Origin: Takakia lepidozioides
Taxonomy: Eukaryota; Plantae; Bryophyta
Length of the DNA: 64,000 nucleotides
Reading direction: 5' to 3'
NCBI GenBank assembly: GCA_030704615.1
Contig: CM060733.1
Coordinates: 17,608,001-17,672,000 of the forward strand
The first letter of the stretch is position 1. Every line of letters starts with the position of its first letter. This document shows, piece by piece, positions 13,527 through 23,800 of the stretch. The notes under the pieces were generated by a model, which did no database searches, was not told the DNA's origin, and worked only from the letters and a program-made list of their open reading frames with translations. A program made the translations under genes and the position numbers.

Positions 13527-13718
13527 AGCAGCTCAGTTGGATTTGTGCACTTCTGAGCGATTCTGGGCTCAAATCCTGCTACCTTGTCAGGTGTGGTATA
13601 ATCTCCCTGGTGGAAGTAAGGGGCCTGATTTGTGAGCGGTAGTGGTAGTGAGTAGGCGGGTCGGGGCCCTCCACTGGGATCACTATTTCTTTTAAAAAAA
13701 TGCAAATAAATAAATAAA
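13527..13718 (+). mobile_element. tRNA-derived SINE, family 1, copy a
   Basis: A-box-like CAGCTCAGTTGG, B-box-like GGCTCAAATCC, then TGCTAC..GGTGTGGTAT and TAAGGGGCCTGATTTGTGAGC shared with copy b. A-rich tail. Confidence 0.6.
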
Positions 13719-13802
13719 CAGTCTCTATGGTGGATAGTAAGTAGAGGAGCAATGGTGGATTCTTCTGCACAGGTTGGGCACTCAGATCTTTCTTCCACTA
13801 GC

Positions 13803-13816
13803 AGGGTTTAGGGTTT
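13803..13816 (-). promoter_or_regulatory. Telo-box (two telomeric-repeat units, AAACCCTAAACCCT)
   Basis: AGGGTTTAGGGTTT about 660 bp upstream of the POLA1 ATG. Function here is unproven. Confidence 0.35.
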
Positions 13817-13852
13817 GGAATAGTCAAGGTTGTTTGAATCGAAGCATCATGC

Positions 13853-14124
13853 AGGGTCTCAAAAGAGGGTCATGAGGTTGAGAGATATCGTAAAAGAGTG
13901 TGATGAAAGGGATCACAGAGTCTGAAAAGACAAAGAAGATTGATGATATTTTTCTTAGTTAATTCTTAGGTGTGTATAGGGCAGAAGATTGCACTGGACC
14001 TTCCGCCCCGTAAGGTCCTTGCCGTGCTGGCAAAATACTTTACGAAATTCAGAAGGTACAGAAAAATATCATGGTTCTTTACGAAGGTGGGCCAAGTGGC
14101 GGGTACCGAAAATCTTGAGACCCT
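13853..14124. mobile_element. Putative degenerate MITE
   Basis: 10-bp inverted termini AGGGTCTCAA / TTGAGACCCT. The flanks CATCATGC and TCTCATGT match only partly. Confidence 0.4.
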
Positions 14125-14218
14125 TCTCATGTACTGAGCTCACAAAAGTAAGCACATCTCAATGAGGCATATGTAATCAAGAAGCTTTCCTCCAAATATT
14201 TTCGTGGAAATAGGGAGT

Positions 14219-14437
14219 GTTTTCTTTTTTTTTTTTGGGGAAGAAAGGGAAACACGAGCGACAGCTCATAAACCAGGCCCCTTAGTAGTGAGAGAGAAAA
14301 ATAACCTCTTTCATTTATGCGCCATGAGGCGTAGGAATGGGGCACCACCTAGGAACCATACCACACCCATCAAGTAGCAAGATTTGACCCAGACCCATCC
14401 GGGTCGCACTCAGTGCACTTAACCAACTAAGCTACTT
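14219..14437 (-). mobile_element. tRNA-derived SINE, family 1, copy b
   Basis: The minus strand reads GTAGCTTAGTTGGTTAAGTGCAC...GGGTCAAATCTTGCTAC..GGTGTGGTAT...TAAGGGGCCTGGTTTATGAGC...A12 tail. Confidence 0.65.
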
Positions 14438-14506
14438 ATTGATGGTGATAGTGTTATCAACCAACAAAGACTTTTTACATGGGATTGTGGCATGAAGGCA
14501 ATTGCA

Positions 14507-15574
14507 TCTTTTTTTTCTTTTTTTTTCAGCATCTTTTATTTATTTATTTATATTGTATTTTAAAGAAAAAGGGAGGACTCAGCCCTTGAGAGCTTTCTTT
14601 ATGATTATTGAAGGGAAAATAAATAAAACCTTTTGAAGCCCAAAGGCTGCCATGAGGCAAAGGCTCACAAAGAATCGTGAAGGATAATCCAGTGAACACA
14701 GAACCAGGCTATGAGGCCTTGAGAGAGAACTGTAAATGTGTACCAATAGGGCCCACCCCAGAAAAGAGGCAGTAGCCGCAAGGCGAAGTGACTCTTAGTT
14801 ACGCCGACTTCGGAGTCTTCTCTCTCTCTAGATATGTACAAGGACCAAAAAAAAGTCCACACTAAGCAACTTGCACATTGCAAGCCGAGACGAAAGCAAC
14901 AGAATCAAATATAAGCTAGGAGGAGAGCTTACTAGACAAAATGGGGGATTGCTAAAGCGTGAGCAGAAAATTCCGTGAACAGATTTCTGCTCACGCTTCA
15001 AGATATGATCATCTATAACCGCAGACACCTATTCAGCTTAGAGGACCTATTACTACGGGTAGTGTCTAGTATAACATGCATACCAATTCATCGTTATGGA
15101 TGAATGGCCGATGAATGTCTGTTGGACAAATGGCACTGGATGAATGTAGTGTGTGGATGAATGGAAAATTAAAAATCATTTTTCAGTAGTGGTTGCCGAA
15201 TCCCCCGAGCTCCAAAGTGAACCGTGCCAACTGAGGAGGGTTGTGGTTGTCATTTTACGAGGTATCCTAAGTCGAGAGAGATACTCACACCCAATTGCAA
15301 AGAAGGTGGAGAGGCCATTTGGTGCTTTAATAAAAATCGTTTGAAAACAGTTGATTCATTCCGACAAAGAATATCCACTGCTACTGGAGTCAGCGTCCAA
15401 AACGAAGGCACAACTGTCTATGAAGACACTAGCCCTGCTCTACAGAAAACCATCTCTGTCGTAAAGCACAATCTGTTTGCAAGTTTTCCAAAAAAAAAAA
15501 GCAAAACAAAAAAAAATCCGATTTTTATTATTATTTATTTATTATTTATTTTCCCGAATGCGCCACCTTAATCC

Positions 15575-15606
<32 letters not shown>

Positions 15607-17900
15607 CCGAATATGCTAGAGTAAGGTGTCGTCAACGACACCTTAATCTGACTGCTCTTTTGGTTCAATCATCTGGGCAATTTTTCATCCGTCATTCATC
15701 CATTCCCTTTTACGTCCATCCCAAATACATTCATCCGTAAATTTTTCATCACACATTCGTGCCACATTGTCGTCATGGAGCCTGTCTGTTTTCGGTCTGA
15801 TAGAGAGGAGATTGCGTCGTTGCAGTGGAGTTTGCGTCCACGGCAATAGGCCCACTTGTTCCCTTGGTCTTAGGGTCCACACCAGTAATCTGCTCACGCT
15901 TTCAATCTGCTCACACTTCGGGGAATCTGCTCACGCATAAAGGAATCTGCTCAAGGGTTCTACTCACGCCTTTGCTGCCCTCGACAAAATGACAGAATTG
16001 AATGTTGAGGGAAGCAAGTCGAAGGAGCGAACTCAAAAATAGAAACAAATGAGATACATATCCTATCTATGGAAGAGTAGTTTTAGAGGCCACTTTCATA
16101 TGCTTCAAGTTGATGTCAGATTTGTTGAACTACGGGGAGGTGACCTGTGGTGTTGCCATTGAAGCGGAATTCGACCTGGCCAGATGTAGGTGTGAGCCTT
16201 AGTGCAGCTGCATATGAGGCCTTACCTACCCTATGTTGCTCTGAAAATCGCAAAGAGCGAATGCTGATATTATGGGTTCTTTAATATTGCTGCACACAAG
16301 ACCAACCATATTGCTTTTTAATTAGCAACCACTGTAAGATCAAAGAAAATAAGGGTAAGAAGAGCAATTCGGATGTGTTACTTCTTTCCAAGGTCCAACC
16401 GCACCATGCTTTATTCCACAAGTGCCATAGACTAGTGGAGTGTCTCAATGTTTTGAAGAGAAGACAAATGGTAGCCAATGTTTTGAGGGCCCATGCAAGT
16501 ATCTCAATTGTACTTTTAAGTAACATTAAAATGAGCATTGAAAGTTGACCAGTGTGGACTCGGTCATAGTTCAAGAGATGAATCAAGATTGCCGGATGAA
16601 GTGGTAAGCTATTCCAGGTATGATAGAAATCTAACACCAATGGCCAGATTGAATGAGGGGCCCGGCAATAGATAAGGCAATGTTCTAGAGACTCAATGGC
16701 ATTAATTGAGCAACAACTGCATAAAATGGCCTCTTGGAAATTCAGAAATATTTGTCCCACCTTCAACACTCTGTTGGCCACTTGTCAAAGGAAAACACGT
16801 AGTAATTTGGCAGGTTTGGACTTTTCCCAAATGAGCGACCAAAATGCACTTCCAGTTCTCATCCTGGAAGTGTGGAAATGTTGATGACCCCCACTTGTCG
16901 TTCCATTTCTTGGGAAGGAGACTGGCATCCCGTAAAGCTCTGTAGGCCTTCTTGGCGGAGTAGGTGAAGTAGGGGTCAAGGTTATTTACCAAAACTCCAG
17001 TTCCACTCTGCTGGGTCCATTTGTAGGCATTGGATATCTTTCCCGCTTAGGCATGCGAATTTGCCTCTTCATAACCAAGGAAAAATGAATTTGTCCATCG
17101 GTGCTGTTGGGTTGAGTTGTTTGGATGGAGCTAACCAGCGGCAAGGCGGACCAGCGAGGCTGAGGAGGCTTGGACAAGAACCTTTTGGTTAGAGAGCAAG
17201 GAGAGAGAACCTGAGAAGCTATCCTCCTGCAAACCATACCCCAAGATCATTGTCAGGTTGACAATTTTTGTAATGTATCCAATAATGCGAGAAGGGTAAT
17301 GAGTTATGACCCATTGATGCAGACTGCATTGAGCAGGCCCATCCCGCAGAATAATCTTCCAGGAGTCAGGGATCGATTGGATGATTATAAGTGGAATGCC
17401 TGACATGAGTCTGTGTGTTCCCAATGCATTTTGGAAGGCGGGGGGTTTGCTGAAGCAAAGATGCTGCACCTGAGAGAAACCCATGGTTTCCCTGCAAGCA
17501 GCTCATTTTCCTGCCTGTCCTCTTTCAAGCAGGATTAAAGGTTGAGCCGTCTTAAGGGAAAGGTGTTGACTCATGGTTTCCTGAAAGTTGGCAGGCTCTA
17601 GTTTGCGGAGGAAGGAACGGAATTTATTCCAAGCCCTCCAAATGGAGTTCCACAGAGGCGGCCAGCAGATTCGTGAACGCGGGTCGTGTTCAATCTGCAC
17701 GGATCTGCACCAAAACCTCTTCAGGAATTTGTACAACCGAATCTATCTCCCAGTCCAACCTCTCTTCTTCCCGAGATTTCTCATACTCCTCGGAAGGGTG
17801 TGGATCAGTGTCTTCTCCCAAGAACAATGGGGAACCGGGCCGTGCGCTATGTCTGAGTGGATGCAAGCTACGGTGTTTCATTTTGGACGTCATCGTGCAA
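14507..17900 (-). pseudogene. Decayed L1-clade LINE 3' portion (zf-RVT region plus A-rich tail), interrupted by a Mutator-like element
   Basis: Frameshifted peptides IWRAWNKFR, AKKAYRAL, WSLIWEKSKPAKLLRVFL and CSCCSINAIESLEHCLIYC (plant L1 zf-RVT pattern). T-rich tract at 14507-14560 corresponds to a minus-strand tail. Boundaries are approximate. Confidence 0.75.
14944..15982. mobile_element. Non-autonomous Mutator-like (MULE) element with subterminal repeats
   Basis: 9-bp TSD GACAAAATG at 14935-14943 and 15983-15991. Degenerate 25-bp TIRs (18/25) starting with G. Subterminal AATCTGCTCAC arrays. Confidence 0.8.
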
Positions 17901-20024
17901 TTTTGCGCTGACTGTCCTTCATGCTATTTTCTATGCCGTGCAAATAGGTTTATATTCTTCCCAAGCAACAATGATAGAAGCACACAATCTACCAAATCTA
18001 CATAACATAATTTGTCATTTTCAAATGGGATGAATTATGATGGAGCTATGGACTCTTGAATGCGGACATTGTGGATTGTCATTCTGACAGTTTCTTGCAC
18101 AATGGACTCTCAAAATGCCTATGTACACTTCTTTATTTCATATCAGGACTCAACATTTTGATTGTTAATGTTTCAATAATGTCATACATGAATTTATGGG
18201 TAAATTCCTTCATCGATTACATAGCTACGTCGGACTAATATGTACATCCTAAAAACATCAAATTTCATAAGTCCATAGTGCTATCAAAAGTTCATGTTTG
18301 GCATTGAACTCTTCATGAATAATTTGCAAAAGTCTTTATCTACAATGGCCCACAATTGTGTGGGCCAATGTCATATATACTTGGGGACCACCGTAAGCTA
18401 GTTAAAGATAATTATTATTTTAAAATTAAAACAATATAATTTCTAATAAAAAATATCTTGAATATTTGGGGTAGGACTCTTTACTAAAAGTGTCAAGTAT
18501 GTCATTATCTATCAATATAAAAATATTGTTGAACAAACATTTTCAATTATTCTTTTTTGTTATGGACTTCCATGGATGTCAACATCTGCCGTTTTTTAGA
18601 TATCGGCACACCTAGTTGGCTTTTACGCCACTTCACGTTCTCCCCACATTGTAGCACCGCAGAGACGGGTCTGTGCAGGCACGTTCAGCTAGGTGCACAG
18701 GCGGGGCAAAACAACTGGTGACCACACTTGCAACAACCAATCATGCTGACGAAGAAGAGACAACCTCCAAAGCCGAAGTACCCGCAGAGGTTTGGGATAC
18801 TATCGCAAAAGAATCGAAAGGTAGCGAGTGGAAGAGAACAGTGAGTAAGGATTGTGAGGGGATTGTGGAGATCACTTAGTATAAACAGTACCCCTAGAAC
18901 CCCTCCATCTCCACCACAAAAATGCGTTTAAGGAAGATGCTTCGTCTTTGATATGTATGCACGAGTGTGGGGGAAGGTAACTTGGCAAGGTAGGCTTCGC
19001 GATGAAGAAGAAACAACATGCAGAGAAAGACCTGTAGATGCTTTGATCCCACAATCATCCCAAAGCTAACTCTCACAAAACTGTCTTTCTGTCACATCAG
19101 AGTCCCATACCTCCTTTACTCTATCTTCCATCACACCTTGTATGAACACCCCAAAATACCACCCCTTGTCCATGTCATAGACTATTTTTATATCAAAAAC
19201 AGATGGTTGACAAGTCACAACCATGTGCTTTGGTGCTATTGGCCTAACGACATGTCACCTAATCTCAGTGATCAACGGGCATGAGAATTAAAGAGAGAGT
19301 CTAACAGTACAAAGAGTGTACAGAGAAATAGTCATTCCACATCACACATACATAATATATGACGGCTACATAGCTTCATCTACCAGAACCATTCTGTGAA
19401 AGGTGGCATCACAAGGCGACTCGTGAGGCAACTAGGTCAAACCTCCATGAAGGTTAAAGCAGCTTAAGTTTGTTTGCTCCTCTTTATTCTAAAGAGCAGA
19501 CTACACATCACTCTAAAAAATCGCTATGCCCCTGTTGTGCCTTCCCTTAGTGTCACCTCATCTCTTTTGCTGAAAACTACTTCCCTAGCACCTCCCTCAC
19601 GTAACATCTCTCTCATTAAATGATTTATAAAGAATAAATTGATGATTTTCTCAAGCTTATTAGATTTTACTATTCACAAAGAGGAGCCATAGGCGACTAG
19701 CCGCTTGTTCGATGCCATCGGATTTTGTACGGAGACTATTGCTCAACACACAACGCATTTGAGGGGCTGATGGACAGTTGAAGGATTGAATTTCCATCCA
19801 GCTACATATTCCGAATCTAGAATACCTCAGTCGAAACTACAGCCAAACTCCTCGAAAGCCACATACTATTGGTTATTTCCCCTAACCCCCTCTCTTCACG
19901 GAGAACCTCTTGTCAGTTATAATCCAACCCTATCATTCTTTTATGCGTATTGGAAACAGTGGCATATGTAATTTGGATTAGCTAAATTAAATGGCACGCT
20001 TTGGAATATTCGAAAGCATCTTTA

Positions 20025-20255
20025 GCGGGAATGTAGGTGAATGTAGATGCCAGACAAAGAAAGAGATGAAATCATCCATCCTCAGTTTGACTGAGGCGTT
20101 GTCTGCGTACAAGCAACGCGAGCCTGCCCGCCGTCCATGTGTAACTACTGTAGGCACCTAGTGTGTGGGCGCGACTGCGCAGTTTGGTTTTTCGCTGCGT
20201 CCATCTCACGCCACCCTTTCCCCTGCCCCCTATTAAAAATATACCCATTTCCCGC
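20025..20255. promoter_or_regulatory. Candidate E2F sites upstream of XPO1
   Basis: GCGGGAAT at 20025-20032 and TTTCCCGC at 20248-20255. Confidence 0.35.
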
Positions 20256-20885
20256 CCAACCACTACTAGTTAAAAAGCGTTAAAAAGATGAAGCGAATTT
20301 GCCGTTTAAATTCGCATTTTCCGTAATTCCCAATTACAGCTATGCGGGGCCGTCATCATTTAGGCGAGCGGTTACGAATAAGTGGTCACGAAGAGGCCTT
20401 ATTTTGTGTGGAAGGTGAGGAGTGGGGGTTTGAACACCGGATGAGGCGGGGTGTGGGGCAATGCCCTAAGCCAGTGGGCTTAGACGGGGAAGGTGGGAAA
20501 TAGTGGGAGTATAAAAAAGAAAGGGTCGTGGGCTGACAGAAGTTTAGGAGAAAGAGTTTGGGGGTGTGGGCCGCCTCATCAACCGTCCGTGAATGGAGGT
20601 GATGAGCAGTCGAAGATTCAAGTAGCGGGATGCTGTCGCTGGAATGCGAGGCGAGCACGGCCAATTATCCGGAAGGCGCAGAGGTGCGGGGGAGACAGAG
20701 GCAGGGCGGGGGATGAGTGCTTGAAGGTGCCAGGCTGCAAGATTAGGGCAAGGAGCTGTGCTGAGGGGGAATAAGGCAGGGGCGGGGGGGTGGGGGGGAG
20801 CTGGAAAACATTTTGCGTGGACAAGTGTGGATAGGAGCGTGATCCAGGAAAGAAAGCTGAGGGGGACAGGGCTAGCGTGGTAGCA

Positions 20886-23800
20886 ATGGCGGAGAAGCTG
20901 CTGGACTTCACGCAGCCCTTCGATGTTGGCCTTCTTGATGCTACAGTTGCCGCCTTTTATGGCACCGGTTCTAAAGATGAGGTATTCCGTCGTCAGAATG
21001 TGAAAAGCTTGTGAGGAACGCCATTTCTAGTAGAACCTCGGAGTTCAATTTTGAAATCATTTCTTTAGTGGACATTGCAGTATGGATATAATACCTCCTT
21101 TTTCTGAAGCTCTTCATCTCTTTTTCGGACTATGTTCCCATTTTTTGGAATGGTTCTCTGTGTTGAATGACAACAATTCCGCTTCTCCGCTTGTGATCTG
21201 CAATCGTCTTATGCTCCTACCCTCTCTGCTCTCTTTCATCTTCCATGTGTCTTGAGCAATCTTCATTTTCCCTTTTCTAAGACGTCTCGGAAGTTTGTTC
21301 TTGTTTTCCAATTTTCTCATTTTCTGTACAGCCACCGTTCCTCCTTCGTTGCAATTTCCTTACCATCATAGTTTATAGTAACTTGCCGGATGGTTTAAAA
21401 GTGTTTTCTAGCAAATTGTTTTGGCATGAATGAGTTTAGCTACTGTCTTGAATCTGTCTGTGCTCCAAGTTCAACCTGAGACCTTTAGGTAAGCTTCAGA
21501 TTCATCTTCCATTCTGGTGCCACTGAAAGTCTGAGTCAGTGGACCTTTATGTGTATTTAGGGACAAAACCATTGCAATTGTTTGAACTTAGTATTATAGA
21601 CAATTGGATTGTAGTGCAGGTTGCCCTTGACAAACACCTAGCTAGAAGTTCCCTTCCCTTCTCTCCTCCTTCAACCTGGTAATCCTAATTAGGGGTGCAT
21701 TTTCTTATGTCATTCATGTTGATTAGGTTACACCTACTGGACTCCTTCATTTCAGCACATGCCTTGGCAAGTCATTCCACTCTTGTGAAGGTTGACGGAT
21801 AGTGAGTGGAGCCATGATTTCGTCTAATGAGCTGTTAATTATTTTTGAAAAGTTCACCCTGATATGAGATTCCTACCAGTCCTGTGTGCTGGCATCCCTT
21901 TACACTGAGATTATTACAATGCCACAACTTCTACTCAGAAAAGATTCTCCATTAGTCTAGAGCAGTACCCCAAATATAGATCTACTTACTGACTATTCCC
22001 TGCGAAGGTTGGTTGTTATATACTCCTTCAGTGCATAATTCATGGGGAAGTAAAACCCTTTTTATGTATTTCAGCCACCAGGGTTTATGGGAAACACACT
22101 GAGCTTGCTGTATTGCTGGCCCATGGTCAGGACAATCTGTTTAAGGGTCCTGAGTTCTCCTTGACGTATGTGCTGGCATTGGTTTCATACTAGGAAGTGC
22201 AAGGTTTTCTCTAGCTTTGTTGTCTAGCGCTCTAGCTGCTAATAGAAGTGGCGAATGTGGCTTGAGAGTACTCGATGCCACTGTCAAGGATATTTGCGGA
22301 AAAATGTGAGATACCCAGGCATCAATCCAACTGGTAGACCTGGCTCCTGACTTTGAGGTTCACCAGGGTTCAGTGAAGTCATACATTCTAAAGCTCGGGT
22401 TAGAGCATCTCCAGCCATTTTTCATGGTGGGACCTGGGGGCCCAAGGATGTTTTAGCATTCTTGCGCTTGGGGACAGGTTGTGTGGGTTAGGGTTTTGAC
22501 AAGATAGAAGGAAATGAAATGAAAATGAAATGGAACTTTATAACGTCTGCAGAAAGCTCAAAGAGCTTATGGGACAAAGGAAACAAGAAACAAGAATTAG
22601 AACAAAAGACAGTGTGTGAAGCCAGAAGCAGCCCAAAAGCAACTACTGCTCAAGGGATTGCCTAAGCTTTGTGCAGATAAGCTGCCAAACATTTCTAATC
22701 CTCATAATGGAAGTCTTCTGTGAGAGATTGGGTTTCACAAAACAGACAGTGGACTCTCCCGCGGATCTCATAGTAGAGGGCAGTAAAAGAAGCGTTCTTC
22801 AGTTTCGATGCATTGGTTGGGCCCAGTGCAAGCTGGGCATAGGTGGTCTTCTCGCTGCAGGTTTTCCCGCCTACCAGTCTATCCGTAAATTGTGGGAGCC
22901 CACCCTGAATTGCCCCAATGCCCTCAGAAGAGAGGGGGATGAAGGTGCAGATAAGTAACTAGGCCACAAGAGTCTATCATCAAGAAGGAATAAAGAAACT
23001 TTGGAACATGCCCAGAAAGCCCAAAGGGTTAGGGACAAAGAGGCCTAGATCAGTATAAAGGAGGTAACAGAAGTCAGAGATGGAAAGAAGAAAAAATTGA
23101 ACTTTCACAGGTTGCCCCCACTGGCCTGTGGGACAGTAGAACAATGTAAAACCACTTCGAAGAATACCAATGTCAACCGAAGACAATGTGCCTTATGCAG
23201 GTGAGCTGCCAGACACCACAGCTGAAGGCCTCTGCAAAAGCCTGTGAGTTTCTAAGAGATTATAACATTTGCATCAGAACTCAAAATAAGAGAGAGAAGG
23301 AGAGAGAGGGCTCTACTCAAGCATGTCCTTATGTTTATGATTTGCAGAGAGCTGCAGCAGAAAGGGTGTTGAGGCAGCTGCAAGAGCATCCTGATACTTG
23401 GACCCGTGTTGTTACCATCCTTCAAAACTCTCAAAATCTGAATTCCAAGTTCTATGCACTACAGGTATGTACTCCTGTGAAATTAATCTTTTCTTGCTTC
23501 GATAGAGGGTTATTGGGGATTGTTTTCAAGGTAATGCTGAGGGGTCGCCAATTGGATTGGACAAAATTGTACAATGTGAGAAGGGTTAAGAGCTTCGCCT
23601 TGTTGCGAGAAAAAGGTTTTATGAAGGGATGGTATTCCAGCATGAAGAGAGCACGATTGTTCTTGCCCCTAAGTGATACCCAGGTTGCACACTTGTGAGT
23701 TATAACATGTCCTCGTGGACAGACAAAAGTGAGGTGCTTGACTGTGGTGTTACACTTTCCTGCAGAATATGTTACGGCTTCAAGGTGAATCCGTATTTGT

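Noticed and set aside
13527-13600. Possible functional tRNA genes (also 14370-14437 and 40940-41005)
   Set aside because: The B boxes are degenerate, there is no convincing cloverleaf, and each head continues into a shared body. They are better explained as SINE heads.
15887-15970. Regularly spaced AATCTGCTCAC repeats resembling a mini CRISPR array
   Set aside because: The units are 11 nt with 6-9-nt gaps, there are no cas genes, and the context is eukaryotic. They are the subterminal repeats of the TSD-flanked MULE.
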